From Burkholderiales bacterium (lineage in GTDB: Bacteria > Pseudomonadota > Gammaproteobacteria > Burkholderiales > SG8-39), in NCBI GenBank assembly GCA_014860395.1, contig JACZJU010000154.1, positions 4,439 to 68,438 on the forward strand: 64,000 nt of DNA. The letters run 5' to 3'. The translations under genes and the position numbers were made by a program. The notes below the pieces were generated by a model. That model did not search any database and had not been told where the DNA came from. It saw nothing but the letters and a program-made list of their open reading frames with translations. This document shows, one piece after another, positions 1-10,433 of this stretch; position 1 is the stretch's first letter; every line of letters begins with the position of its first letter.

Positions 1-1039
1 GGTCCGGAATGGCCTCCAGCGTCGCGTCCAGCTGGCTGCGCGCGGCAAGAACTTCCGTCTCATGGCGCTTTAGTTCGGTGATGTCCTGGGTGGTGCCCAC
101 GCCACGCACCAGCCTGCCCCCGGCCCCGAACTCCAGCTCCGCCTTGTGCCGCACCCAGTGCAGCGTGTTTCCGACCAGGATGCGGTGCTCGTTGTCGAAC
201 GGCCCGCCGCGCTCGACTGCCGCCTGCCAGGCGCTGTCGACGGCGCTGCGATCCTCCTCGTGCACGCGCGCGAGGTAGGAATTGCGGCTTCCCGTAGTGC
301 CTTCTGGCAGACCAAAGATACGGCAAGCCTCCGCAGACAGGCGCATCGTGTCAGTGACGAATTCGTACACCCAGCTGCCGACATGCGCGACGGCCTGCGC
401 GCGGTTGAGTTCGGCTTCGTGCGCCTGAACCTCGGCAGTGCGCAGCGCGAGATCGCTGCCGAGTTTGCGCACTACGGCAAGCTGGTTGCGGTAGGAGCGC
501 ACGAGATAGGTGATCAGGAGCGCCGAAATGCTGAAAACCGAGATCTGAACGACCAGCAACAAGGCCGGAGAAGTAGGGGGACGCAGGGGCAGCAAACCCA
601 GGGATTCCGCCTGATAGAAACCCAAGCACGCCGCTGCGGTCAGCACGGCATAAACGACCGCGGTGCGCGGGCCCAACAGCCAGCCAGCCCCGATGATGAT
701 CAACGGGTAGGTGATGATGAATGCCGAATTCAAGCCGCCGAAGAGCAGCACTATGCCGGTCGCATGCAGCCACAGGCCGGCGGCAAGCACATGAACCGAG
801 GTTTTGATTTTGCCGCGCAACAGCAGAACCAGCGCGGCTAGCGCAATCAGGGACAGAACCGTGGGACCGCCGCCGCGCGCGGTCCGCATTTGCTCCGGCG
901 CGACGACGAAAACGACGATCAGGTAGACGGCGGAACTGCCGAGGATGAGCACGATAGCCCATTTCAGGAACGCGATCGAGTGCTCCCAGAACATCGGGCG
1001 GTCAGCCGCGTCCGCAGGGCGCGGATGCTGGTCGTTCAT
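1..1039 (-). CDS. Membrane-anchored PAS-domain signalling protein, N-terminal part (gene runs off the left edge)
   Basis: Absent from the ORF track because no stop lies in the window. Hand translation of the reverse strand from ATG (complement of 1037-1039) gives MNDQHPRPADAADRPMFWEHSIAFLKWAIVLILGSSAVYLIVVFVV..., then hydrophobic segments, then a PAS-like unit (GSWVYEFVTDTMRLSAEACRIFGLPEG...VHEEDRSAVDSAWQAAVERGGPFDNEHRILVGNTLHWVRHKAELEF...GVGTTQDITELKRHE). It ends ...LDATLEAIPD at base 2, a typical start of a second PAS unit. The output domain is not visible. Confidence 0.7.
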   Translation of the reverse strand, partial: MNDQHPRPADAADRPMFWEHSIAFLKWAIVLILGSSAVYLIVVFVVAPEQMRTARGGGPTVLSLIALAALVLLLRGKIKTSVHVLAAGLWLHATGIVLLFGGLNSAFIITYPLIIIGAGWLLGPRTAVVYAVLTAAACLGFYQAESLGLLPLRPPTSPALLLVVQISVFSISALLITYLVRSYRNQLAVVRKLGSDLALRTAEVQAHEAELNRAQAVAHVGSWVYEFVTDTMRLSAEACRIFGLPEGTTGSRNSYLARVHEEDRSAVDSAWQAAVERGGPFDNEHRILVGNTLHWVRHKAELEFGAGGRLVRGVGTTQDITELKRHETEVLAARSQLDATLEAIPD

Positions 1040-1159
1040 GCCTGCCCCGCCTGGCCGCCTGCAGCGGGAAAAGCCGCAATCCACCTACCCGCCGCGGCCG
1101 GGAGAGGCCAGGATTCCAACCGGTATTCCCCTCGCTTCGAAGTTGTCATGCCATCAGCA

Positions 1160-1293
1160 GTTTGTTGAACAAGGGGGCACGCCCCCTTTTATATCCCCCA
1201 AATCAGAGGCTGCCGCAACTCACTTCCCTCTGAAGCAATTCAGCCGCACGCATCTTCTTTCTGATTCGAAAGCGAATTTCAACAGCCTGTTAG
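1160..1293 (+). repeat. Copy 1 of a ~134-bp MITE-like intergenic element (family A)
   Basis: About 85-90% identical by eye to 11961-12094, in the same orientation. It has 7-bp terminal inverted repeats (TGTTGAA at 1163-1169, TTCAACA at 1278-1284) and an internal GC hairpin plus T-run (AAGGGGGCACGCCCCCTTTT, 1171-1190). Confidence 0.7.
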
Positions 1294-1587
1294 TGCAAAT
1301 TCAGCCACCTGCCGGGCGTGAAATCCCGCGGCGTGGCCAGCCGTGCCTGCGCGCCTTCCTTTCCTGCGCCCGTCGATGCTCGCTCAGCAAGTGTGCATCG
1401 GTGCTCCAGGCCGCGTCCACCGGAAAAGCGGAGCAATTTCCCCGCATATCCATCGCATATTGTGTGCTCCGGCGCAGGCGACAGGACATGATCCAGGTCA
1501 AACGACTGGCGGGTTGTGCCGCCCCGCGGCCGCGCCAGGCCGCAGGACCGAACTGAGCCGGAAACCCGGGACGCGCACGCAGACAGA

Positions 1588-1927
1588 AAGTGAAGCCGGC
1601 CGATAAGCCGGGTTCTGTTACGGGGATTGCTCCCTATGACGGTCATTCCTCTAGGCCCTGGGTTACCCCAGGGCTCCAGCCACCTACCCGCGGACTCAGC
1701 GGGCAGCATCATCGTCCGCCTATTTGGTGTTGCTCCGGGTGGAGGTTACCGCGTTTCACCCGCCGCTACTTGCGCAGCGGCGACTCGTCTCTGTGGCCCT
1801 ATTCCTCGTCTTCGCCGAAGGCAAGCCTTCGACTAGTACGTACGGCCGTTAGCCGTCACCCTGCTCTATGGAGCCCGGACTTTCCTCTCCGCGCCGAAGG
1901 CGCGCAGCGACCGTCTGGCCAGCTTCA
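1588..1927 (-). ncRNA. rnpB: RNase P RNA, bacterial type A
   Basis: The reverse complement reads GAAGCTGGCCAGACGGTCGC...GGAGAGGAAAGTCCGGGCTCCATAGAGCAGGGTG...ACAGAACCCGGCTTATCGGCCGGCTTCAC. It carries the universally conserved GGAAAGTCCGGGCTCC and ACAGAACCCGGCTTA blocks, and P1 pairing (GAAGCTGGCC / GGCCGGCTTC) closely parallels E. coli M1 RNA. The ends are good to a few nt. Confidence 0.9.
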
Positions 1928-2005
1928 CGAATGGATTTTAGCACCTGAGCGCTCTTGAGCACCCGCCTTTCCCGGCGCGGCGCCGGATCGGCCGGAGGCG
2001 ACGCA

Positions 2006-2902
2006 CTATTTACCCTTGTTCTTGCCCTTGCGCTTCTGGCCCTGTCCCGGTTTCGACTCCGCCGGCGTGCGCTCCTGCGACTGCTCTCTCTCTCGCGAGC
2101 GCCCCGGACGAAACTGTTGCGTGTCTTCGTAATAGCGCTCGGACTCGTTCTCCGGCGTCCAGCCGGGCACTCCCAGGATGGGCAGCGGCGCATAGTCCTC
2201 GGGCGAAGCCAACGCGCGCATATCGGAGAACATGCGCGCCAGGTGCGCGTCGAGCGCAGTGAGTTGCTGCGGCAGCGGCCGCTCGAGTTCCCTGGCTGAG
2301 ATATCGACGATGACGCTTTTTCCGGTCACGCCCTTGTAGGGCTTGAGCGCCTTCTCGTACAGGGCGTGGCCGAACAGGTGAAAGCGCATGCCGCTGACGA
2401 CGTCCTCGCGCCGTCCCCAGAACAATTCCTTCCATTGAAAGCCGGTGAGCAGTTCCGACAGCCCGGCATCGACCGAGGCGACAATCACGCCGGACTCGTC
2501 GAACAGGGTCAGCGCGTCGCGCACCGGGCCGCGCGCCTCGCCGCCTTCGCGCGCCTGCATTTCACGGTAGTGATGGTTGTTGATGGCCGCCTTGGTTTTT
2601 GGAAACGTAATCCACACCAGCGCGTTGAACAGATCGTGCCAGTTGCGATTGCGCGTCAGCACCTTTCCGTAGACGAATACGCGCTTCTCGTAGGGCTCGC
2701 CGGTCTTCGCTTCCTGCGGCACGAATTCCAGCGGCTCGCCGCCGCCGCTCACCACTTCGCGCTCCTCGCACAGGCGATTCAGCTCGGCCAGCGTCGGGAA
2801 GTGATCCTCGGGCAAGCGCTCGATCAGGGGCGCCAGCGTCGCGAACATCGGCGATGCCAGCAATTCCCAGCGGTCCCAGACAGGCGCGGCCGAAGTAGCC
2901 AT
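2006..2902 (-). CDS. DUF3025-family protein
   Basis: This is the C-terminal 298 codons of the 713-aa track ORF, starting MATSAAPVWDRWELLASPMF...FPKTKAAINNHHYREM...LFDESGVIVAS...FGHALYEKALKPYKGVTGK, with a Lys/Arg-rich tail. The ATG is the complement of 2900-2902. Position directly downstream of pyrC is typical for this family. The upstream part of the track ORF overlaps pyrC out of frame and is discarded. Confidence 0.7.
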   Translation of the reverse strand: MATSAAPVWDRWELLASPMFATLAPLIERLPEDHFPTLAELNRLCEEREVVSGGGEPLEFVPQEAKTGEPYEKRVFVYGKVLTRNRNWHDLFNALVWITFPKTKAAINNHHYREMQAREGGEARGPVRDALTLFDESGVIVASVDAGLSELLTGFQWKELFWGRREDVVSGMRFHLFGHALYEKALKPYKGVTGKSVIVDISARELERPLPQQLTALDAHLARMFSDMRALASPEDYAPLPILGVPGWTPENESERYYEDTQQFRPGRSREREQSQERTPAESKPGQGQKRKGKNKGK

Positions 2903-2904
2903 GG

Positions 2905-3963
2905 TTAAGCTCCCGCCTGCTGCAGGCGCCAGAGGAGACGCTCGCCGGCGCGCAGCGGCACCAGTTCGTCGTCGCCGAAGGCAAATGCGGGCTGCACCTG
3001 CCAGCTCTCGCGCCGCAGGGTGATTTTTCCGCTGTTGCGCGGCAGGCGGTAGAAATCTGCGCCGTGAAAACTGGCGAAAGCCTCGAATTTGTCCAGCGCG
3101 CCTGCGGCCTCGAACGCCTCGGCATAAAGTTCGATCGCCGCATGCGCGCTGTAGATGCCCGCGTGGCCGCAGGACGACTCCTTGTCGCGGCGCGCATGCG
3201 GCGCGCTGTCGCTGCCGAGGAAGAACCTGGGACTGCCGCCGGTCGCCGCCTGCACCAGCGCCTGGCGGTGCGTCTCGCGTTTGAGCAGCGGCAGGCAGTA
3301 GTGATGCGCGCGGATGCCGCCGGCGAACAGGGCATTGCGGTTCAGCAGCAAATGGTGCGCGGTGATGGTGGCGGCGACCGTGGCCGGGGCCGCGGCCACG
3401 TATTGAACCGCCTCGCGCGTGGTGACGTGCTCGAGCACCAGGCGCAAGCCGGGAAAGCGCTGCGTGATTTGCGGCAGCACGGTGTCGATGAACACCTGCT
3501 CGCGGTCGAACGCGTCCACCTCGGCGTCGGTGACCTCGCCGTGCAGCAGCAGCGGCAGGTCCGCCTTCTCCATGGCCTCGATCGCGCGAAAACAGCGATC
3601 GATGCGCGTCACGCCCGAATCGGAATTGGTGGTGGCGCCGGCCGGGTAATATTTCACCGCCTGCACCACGCCGCTCGTCTTCGCCAGCGCGATCTCCTCC
3701 ACACTTGTGTTGTCGGTGAGATACAGCGTCATCAGCGGCTCGAAGCGCGAAGCCGCGGGCAGCGCGGCCAGGATGCGCTCGCGGTAGGCCCGCGCCAGCG
3801 CCACCGTGGTCACCGGCGGGCGCAGATTGGGCATGACGATGGCGCGCGCGAACTGGCGTGCCGTATGCGGCAGCACCGCGGCGAGTGCCGCGCCGTCGCG
3901 CAAATGCAGGTGCCAGTCGTCGGGGCGGGTGAGCGTGAGGGTTTGGGTGGTCGGAGTCTGCAT
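2905..3963 (-). CDS. pyrC: Dihydroorotase, homodimeric (class II) type
   Basis: MQTPTTQTLTLTRPDDWHLHLRDG...AIVMPNLRPPVTT...LLLHGEVT...CLPLLKRETHRQAL...FLGSDSAPHARRDKESSCG aligns end to end with E. coli PyrC from memory. The start is taken at the internal ATG (complement of 3961-3963). Confidence 0.95.
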   Translation of the reverse strand: MQTPTTQTLTLTRPDDWHLHLRDGAALAAVLPHTARQFARAIVMPNLRPPVTTVALARAYRERILAALPAASRFEPLMTLYLTDNTSVEEIALAKTSGVVQAVKYYPAGATTNSDSGVTRIDRCFRAIEAMEKADLPLLLHGEVTDAEVDAFDREQVFIDTVLPQITQRFPGLRLVLEHVTTREAVQYVAAAPATVAATITAHHLLLNRNALFAGGIRAHHYCLPLLKRETHRQALVQAATGGSPRFFLGSDSAPHARRDKESSCGHAGIYSAHAAIELYAEAFEAAGALDKFEAFASFHGADFYRLPRNSGKITLRRESWQVQPAFAFGDDELVPLRAGERLLWRLQQAGA

Positions 3964-3973
3964 GGCAGGCGCG

Positions 3974-3979
3974 ATTATA
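3974..3979 (-). promoter_or_regulatory. Possible -10 hexamer (TATAAT) for pyrC, only about 10 nt before the ATG
   Basis: The reverse strand reads GGGTATAATCGCGCCTGCCATG. This is a perfect TATAAT in GC-rich DNA, and no Shine-Dalgarno can fit between it and the start. Confidence 0.25.
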
Positions 3980-4035
3980 CCCGCCGACGGCGCCTTGATC
4001 CCTGCCGAAAACCAGGGATTCGGGCCGCCTTCCGC

Positions 4036-4041
4036 TATAAT
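4036..4041 (+). promoter_or_regulatory. Possible -10 hexamer (TATAAT) for the dsbB-like/dsbA-like pair
   Basis: CCGCTATAATCCGC lies in the pyrC/dsbB divergent spacer, 30 nt before the ATG at 4071. Confidence 0.3.
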
Positions 4042-4070
4042 CCGCACTTTTACGCAACGAGCCATTGCCG

Positions 4071-4508
4071 ATGAATACCCCCGCGCACGCGCAAGACTCC
4101 AGCTGGACGCTGGTCTTTGCGTGCTGGCTGATCGCCTCGGTTTCCACGCTCGGGAGCCTGTTCTTCAGCGAAGTGATGGGGTTTCAGCCCTGCGTGCTGT
4201 GCTGGTACCAGCGCATAGCCATGTATCCGCTGGTGATCCTCCTGCCGATCGGCCTGTTCCCGTTCGACCGCAACATCGTGCGCTACGCCCTGCCCTTTTC
4301 CGTCATAGGCGTGCTGATCGCGCTATTCCATCTGCTGCTGGTCGCCGGATTCATCCCCGAGAGCATCAAGCCCTGCGTCCAGGGCGTGCCCTGCAGCGAG
4401 GTGCAGATCGAGTGGTTCGGATTCGTGACAATCCCCCTGCTTTCGGGGTTGTCGTTTTTGGCCATCACAGCGCTGCTGATTCTGACCCACAGGAGGAGTT
4501 CAAAGTGA
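4071..4508 (+). CDS. Disulfide bond formation protein, BdbC-type DsbB family
   Basis: Four predicted TM segments with paired cysteines in the CVLCWYQR motif, and a second pair (KPCVQGVPC). The ATG at 4071 is preferred over the TTG at 4065. Confidence 0.8.
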   Translation: MNTPAHAQDSSWTLVFACWLIASVSTLGSLFFSEVMGFQPCVLCWYQRIAMYPLVILLPIGLFPFDRNIVRYALPFSVIGVLIALFHLLLVAGFIPESIKPCVQGVPCSEVQIEWFGFVTIPLLSGLSFLAITALLILTHRRSSK

Positions 4509-5155
4509 AACAGAAAAATCTGGTCATTTTTTCGGTCGTCTTCCTGCTGATCGCCTTCGTCGCCGGCGCGATGCTCTACAGGAGCCAAAAGGCGGACGAG
4601 GCAGTCCAGGCCTACCGACGCGACAAGTCGACGTTCATCCGCACAAACGTTCCCACCTTCGGCAATCCAGAGGCGAAAGTCGACATAGTCGAATTTTTCG
4701 ACCCGGCCTGCGGCACCTGCGCGGAGTTCTATCCCCTGGTGAAGAAGCTGATGGCTGCCCACCCGGACAAGATCCGCCTGTACATGCGCTATGCCGCTTT
4801 CCACCCGGGCTCCGACCAGGTGATAAAAATACTCGAGGCGGCGCACAGGCAGGGGAAGTTCCGCGAAACGCTGGAAGCCGTGTTTGCTTCACAGGAAGGC
4901 TGGGCACCGAACCACCGGGCGCAAGCGCAGCTTGTATGGAGCTACATCGGCGGTGTCGGCCTGGACATCAAGAAACTGCGGCAGGATATGGAACTGCCCG
5001 AAATGGACCAGATCGTCCAGCAAGGCCTGGCGGACGCGAAAACGCTGGGCGTAAAGGCGACGCCGGAGTTCTTCGTCAACGGCAAGCCGCTGCCCAGCTT
5101 CGGCTACGATCAGTTGAAGGATCTGGTCAACGAGGCGGTCGCTGCCGCCTATTGA
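4505..5155 (+). CDS. Thioredoxin-fold DsbA/BdbD-like thiol:disulfide oxidoreductase, membrane-anchored
   Basis: The GTG at 4505 overlaps the preceding stop (GTGA). There is an N-terminal TM segment (VKQKNLVIFSVVFLLIAFVAGAML), a CGTC active-site motif (FFDPACGTCAEF), and a DsbA-like C-terminus (GVKATPEFFVNGKPL). The upstream part of the 449-aa track ORF is discarded. Confidence 0.8.
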   Translation: MKQKNLVIFSVVFLLIAFVAGAMLYRSQKADEAVQAYRRDKSTFIRTNVPTFGNPEAKVDIVEFFDPACGTCAEFYPLVKKLMAAHPDKIRLYMRYAAFHPGSDQVIKILEAAHRQGKFRETLEAVFASQEGWAPNHRAQAQLVWSYIGGVGLDIKKLRQDMELPEMDQIVQQGLADAKTLGVKATPEFFVNGKPLPSFGYDQLKDLVNEAVAAAY

Positions 5156-5189
5156 CCGTCCTGGAGGCGGGAGGCCCTGTCGCCGCGGC

Positions 5190-6383
5190 TCAGGCTGCGC
5201 AGAAGCTGAAACTGTTTCCAAGTAGCTTGGCCTTGTACATGGCCGAATCCGCCGCCTTGAACAGGGCATCCATGTCCGCGCCGTCCCGGGGAAAAATCGC
5301 GATGCCGATGCTCGCCCCGATTTCGATGTCTCCCTGCGCCTCGTCGCCAAACGAAAAACTCGCGCACAGGGCATCGATGATTTTTTCGGCGACGATCGCC
5401 GCATCCTGCGAACTTCCGATCTTCGGCAGAATGACCGCGAATTCGTCGCCGCCGATGCGCGCGACCGTATCGGATTCGCGCACCTGCGCCTGAATGCGAT
5501 CGGCGGCGCCTTTGAGCACCGCGTCGCCGGCGTCGTGCCCGCGCGTGTCGTTCACGGACTTGAAGCGATCCAGGTCCAGGTAGAGCAGCGCCATTTCATG
5601 GCGATTGCGCTGCGCCAGATTGATCGCCTGGTTCAGGCGGTCGTAAAACAGCGTCCGGTTCGGCAGGGCGGTAAGGTTGTCGTAGTTCGCCAGGTGGCGG
5701 ATGCGCTCCTCGAAGTGCTTACGCTCGGTGATGTCCCTGACGATGCAGATGGTGTGCCATTTGCGGTCTATGCTCACCCCGGAAATGGAATGCTCGGTGA
5801 CGATCTCGGTCCCGTCCTTGCGCAGCCCCGCGAGTTCCAGCGTCCTGCCGATGACGCTGCCCCGGGCCGCGGCGCCGGCTACATCCAGCCCCTTTTCGAA
5901 TTCGACGCGATAGGGCTCAGGCACGATCAGTTCGTGCAGCTTCCTGCCCTTCGCCTCCTGCTCGGCGTAGCCGAAAATCCTGTGTGCCGCCTCGTTCCAG
6001 AAGGCGATCCTGCCCTTGTTGTCCATCATGATGATGGCGTCCTGGGCGGCGGCGGCGATGACGCGCAGCCTTTCTTCGGCCAGCCTGTGTCTTGCAAACA
6101 CCTCGCGCATCAGGTGCATGGAGCCGACGATGAGCAGGGCGAAACCCAGGCCCATCCAGTCGTTGACGACGGAATAGGTCGCCGCATCCGCGCCGCCGTG
6201 CTCGATCAAATAACTCAGCATGCTGCGGAACCCCTGCAGCAGCAGGGCGCCGGTGAGCAGAATCCAGCCCAGTATCCAGCCCGACAGGCGGATGCCGAAA
6301 AAAGCGAGCCCGATTCCCGACAGCAGCAGGACAAGCGACAAGGACTGGATCGACAGCAGATATTCCATCATTACCTGCGACAC
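5190..6383 (-). CDS. Membrane-bound PAS-GGDEF diguanylate cyclase
   Basis: Hydrophobic N-terminus, a PAS unit (AQDAIIMMDNKGRIAFWNEAAHRIFGY...), then a GGDEF domain with an intact RIGGDEFAVIL signature. Confidence 0.9.
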   Translation of the reverse strand: MSQVMMEYLLSIQSLSLVLLLSGIGLAFFGIRLSGWILGWILLTGALLLQGFRSMLSYLIEHGGADAATYSVVNDWMGLGFALLIVGSMHLMREVFARHRLAEERLRVIAAAAQDAIIMMDNKGRIAFWNEAAHRIFGYAEQEAKGRKLHELIVPEPYRVEFEKGLDVAGAAARGSVIGRTLELAGLRKDGTEIVTEHSISGVSIDRKWHTICIVRDITERKHFEERIRHLANYDNLTALPNRTLFYDRLNQAINLAQRNRHEMALLYLDLDRFKSVNDTRGHDAGDAVLKGAADRIQAQVRESDTVARIGGDEFAVILPKIGSSQDAAIVAEKIIDALCASFSFGDEAQGDIEIGASIGIAIFPRDGADMDALFKAADSAMYKAKLLGNSFSFCAA

Positions 6384-6494
6384 GCGTAATTTGAACGGAA
6401 CTCGATGATCGAAAGGCGAAACCCGGCCGGATCGGCTGTCAGTCTCCGCGCCGTATCCCAGTCTACACGCTATCGCGAGATTTGCCTTAGGCGC

Positions 6495-7427
6495 CTATTT
6501 GCGCGGCAGCGCCTCGGCGTCACGCAGGGCAAGCGCGCGCGCGTACAGCTCGTTCTTGCGCGCGCCGGTGATCGCGGCGGCGAGCGCCGCCGACTGTTTG
6601 AGCGGCAGTTCCGCCAGCAGCAGGCGCAGCACCCGCTCGGCTTCGGCCGGCAAGCCTTCCTGCGCCTCGGCCTGCGCGGATGAGACGATCAGCACAAACT
6701 CGCCGCGCTGGCGGTTGGGATCGGCCGCAAGCCAGGCTCCCGCCTGATCCAGCCGGCAGCGGTGGATGGCCTCGAACAGCTTGGTCAGCTCGCGCGCGAT
6801 CACGATCTCGCGCTCCCCGCCCAGGGTCGCGGCGAGCTCGGCGACGCACTCGGTCACACGATGCGGCGCCTCGTAGAACACCAGGGCGTAGGGAAGCTCG
6901 CGCAGAGACTCCAGCGCGCTGCGCCGGGCCGTGGACTTCGACGGCAGGAAACCATAGAACAGGAAATGCGGCGCAGCCAGTCCGGCCGCGGACAGCGCGG
7001 CGATCGCTGCATTGGCGCCGGGGATCGGGCATACCACGAGCCCGGCTTCCATGGCCCGCGCCACCAGCAAAGCGCCGGGGTCGGAGATCCCGGGCGTGCC
7101 GGCATCGCTCACCAGGGCGATCGTCTCGCCCGCCTCGATGCGGGCGACCAATTCGGCCGCGCGCCGCATTTCGTTGTGCTCGTGCAGCGCGACCAGCTTG
7201 GCGGCGATGCCATGGTGCGCGAGCAGGTGCCCGGTGGTGCGCGTGTCTTCGGCAGCGACCAGATCGGCTTGCGCCAGCACAGAAAGGGCGCGCGCGCTGA
7301 TGTCCCCCAGATTTCCAATCGGCGTGGCCACGACATATAATTTGCCAGCCCCCCCGGAGGCTTGCGCCCCATGGCCCTGTCGTTGCGCTTGCGCGCCGTG
7401 CTTTTCGCTTTTGCCGTGCTGTTCCAT
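6495..7427 (-). CDS. rsmI: 16S rRNA (cytidine1402-2'-O)-methyltransferase
   Basis: LYVVATPIGNLGDISARALSVLAQADLVAAEDTRTTGHLL...SDAGTPGISDPG is the RsmI tetrapyrrole-methylase-fold signature. The start is set at the internal ATG (complement of 7425-7427), but the start is uncertain. Confidence 0.9.
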   Translation of the reverse strand: MEQHGKSEKHGAQAQRQGHGAQASGGAGKLYVVATPIGNLGDISARALSVLAQADLVAAEDTRTTGHLLAHHGIAAKLVALHEHNEMRRAAELVARIEAGETIALVSDAGTPGISDPGALLVARAMEAGLVVCPIPGANAAIAALSAAGLAAPHFLFYGFLPSKSTARRSALESLRELPYALVFYEAPHRVTECVAELAATLGGEREIVIARELTKLFEAIHRCRLDQAGAWLAADPNRQRGEFVLIVSSAQAEAQEGLPAEAERVLRLLLAELPLKQSAALAAAITGARKNELYARALALRDAEALPRK

Positions 7428-7501
7428 GGCATGGGATTGTGCGTTGCCCCAGTCAATGAAGCAAGCACGGGCTACGCACGCGCGCAAACGGGCGCCGGCC
7501 C

Positions 7502-7858
7502 ATGAAACGCGATGCGAAGGCGGGCGGCAAGCTCGCCGAAGCGCTGGCGGCGGACTATCTGCAGCAGCGCGGTCTGCGGCTGATAGAGCGCAATTACAGC
7601 TGCCGCCTGGGGGAAATCGACCTGATCCTCGCCGACGGGCCGGTTCTGGTGTTCGTCGAGGTGAGGCTGCGGCGCAACCCCGGTTTCGGCGGCGCAGCAG
7701 CGAGCATTACCGCCGCCAAGCGTCAGCGCATTTTGCGGGCGGCACGTCATTACCTCTCCGGCAAGGCGGAGCGTGCCTGCCGCTTTGATGTTGTATTGCT
7801 CGACGCACTCGGCGCTGACCACATCGAATGGATCAAGGACGCCTTCGGTGAAGAATAA
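7502..7858 (+). CDS. yraN: YraN-family (UPF0102) endonuclease-like protein
   Basis: YLQQRGLRLIERNYSCRLGEIDLILADGPVLVFVEVRLR...ITAAKRQRILRAARHYL, divergent from rsmI as in many proteobacteria. Confidence 0.85.
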   Translation: MKRDAKAGGKLAEALAADYLQQRGLRLIERNYSCRLGEIDLILADGPVLVFVEVRLRRNPGFGGAAASITAAKRQRILRAARHYLSGKAERACRFDVVLLDALGADHIEWIKDAFGEE

Positions 7859-9147
<1,289 letters not shown>

Positions 9148-9274
9148 CACGCGTGAGCAGGCGCAAATCCGGCTGTCTGCCGCGCATCAGCTGCATGTCC
9201 GGGACTGCACTGCAGTATGGATTTGCAGCTGCCAATTCAGGGGAGCACGGGGGCACATATCCCCTGATTCTGCG

Positions 9275-9763
9275 ATGAGCGCCGACAGGCCCGGATTCGA
9301 AGCGAAGCTGTGCGAGCCGGCGCAGCTCCCGCGCCGCATCGCCGCCCTCGCCCGCCCGCTGGTATTCACCAACGGCGTGTTCGACATCCTGCACCGAGGC
9401 CATGTCACTTACCTCGCCGAGGCGCGCGCCCTGGGCGCGAGCCTGGTCGTCGCCGCGAACAGCGACGCTTCGGCGCGGCGCCTGGGCAAGGGCGAGGACC
9501 GCCCGATCAACCGGCTCGAGGACCGCGCAGCGGTGCTCGCCGCCCTGCAGGCCGTGGACCTGGTCAGCTGGTTCGACGAAGACACGCCGCTCGCGCTGAT
9601 TCTCGCCTGCCGCCCCGACGTGCTGGTGAAAGGCGGCGACTGGAAGCCCGAGGCCATCGTCGGCGCGCGCGAAGTCATCGCCTGGGGCGGCTCGGTGCAT
9701 TCCATTCCGTTTCAGTTCGAACGCTCGACCACCGCGACCCTGAACAGGATACGCGGCCTTTAG
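9275..9763 (+). CDS. D-glycero-beta-D-manno-heptose 1-phosphate adenylyltransferase (stand-alone RfaE domain II)
   Basis: Cytidylyltransferase signature LVFTNGVFDILHRGHVTYL...NSDASARRLGKGEDRPIN..EDR, about 160 aa. Confidence 0.85.
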   Translation: MSADRPGFEAKLCEPAQLPRRIAALARPLVFTNGVFDILHRGHVTYLAEARALGASLVVAANSDASARRLGKGEDRPINRLEDRAAVLAALQAVDLVSWFDEDTPLALILACRPDVLVKGGDWKPEAIVGAREVIAWGGSVHSIPFQFERSTTATLNRIRGL

Positions 9764-9814
9764 AATCCGCAGCAGCCGGCAGCGAAAGACCGGCGGTCGA
9801 AGAGAATCCCCGCC

Positions 9815-10429
9815 CTAAGGCTTGTACTCGCGCATCAGCCGCGCAGTCTCGGCGGCCACGCTGTCGCCGCTCGCCTCGAGCTCGCGCGCAATGCGCTCGC
9901 GCTCGGCCGGGTTCTTGTCCTGCGACAGCTTGTAGCGCGCCTCGATCCGGGTCACTGCCAGAGAAAATGAAACAATGGCCGCGAGCTTGGCGTCGATGTA
10001 GCTCGCGGGCAACTCGGCCATCTGCGCGAGATAGTCCGCATCGTGCTGGCGGATGAGCTTCTCCTGCAACGCTAGCTTGGCCGCGCGCTCCTCGATCAGC
10101 GCCGGCCGGCCATAGGCATGCACGGCGACGTAGTTCCAGGTGGGCACGTTTTGCCGGCTGTCGTAGAGCCGCGGCGAGACATAGGCGTGCGGCTGCATGA
10201 ATATCACCATCGCCTCGGCCCCGGCGGCAAAATCGCGCCACTGCGGGTTGGCTTTCGCCATGTGCGCGAGCAGCGTGATTTCGCCGTCCTGCTCCTCGAT
10301 CACGAAGGGCAGATGCGTGGCCATCAGTCCGCCCGGGCCCGCGCTCGCCAGCGCGGCAAATGAATACGCGCGCATGTAAGCGAGCAGCGCGGCGCGGTCT
10401 TCAAGTTGGTTGTGCCTGGGTACGTACAA
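9815..10429 (-). CDS. FMN-binding negative transcriptional regulator (PaiB family)
   Basis: MYVPRHNQLEDRAALLAYMRAYSFAALAS...NVPTWNYVAVHAYG...RIEARYKLSQDKNP is typical of PaiB-like proteins. Confidence 0.75.
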   Translation of the reverse strand: MYVPRHNQLEDRAALLAYMRAYSFAALASAGPGGLMATHLPFVIEEQDGEITLLAHMAKANPQWRDFAAGAEAMVIFMQPHAYVSPRLYDSRQNVPTWNYVAVHAYGRPALIEERAAKLALQEKLIRQHDADYLAQMAELPASYIDAKLAAIVSFSLAVTRIEARYKLSQDKNPAERERIARELEASGDSVAAETARLMREYKP

Positions 10430-10433
10430 GCGG

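Noticed and set aside
146-962. Track ORFs 146..841 (+) and 351..962 (-)
   Set aside because: Both overlap the hand-translated PAS sensor gene (1..1039, minus), which has clear TM and PAS features. The alternatives are low-complexity and Arg-rich.
2903-4147. N-terminal 415 codons of the 713-aa minus-strand ORF (2006..4147)
   Set aside because: It overlaps pyrC in another frame and the composition is Arg/Ala/Gly-rich. Only the last 298 codons (the DUF3025 protein) look real.
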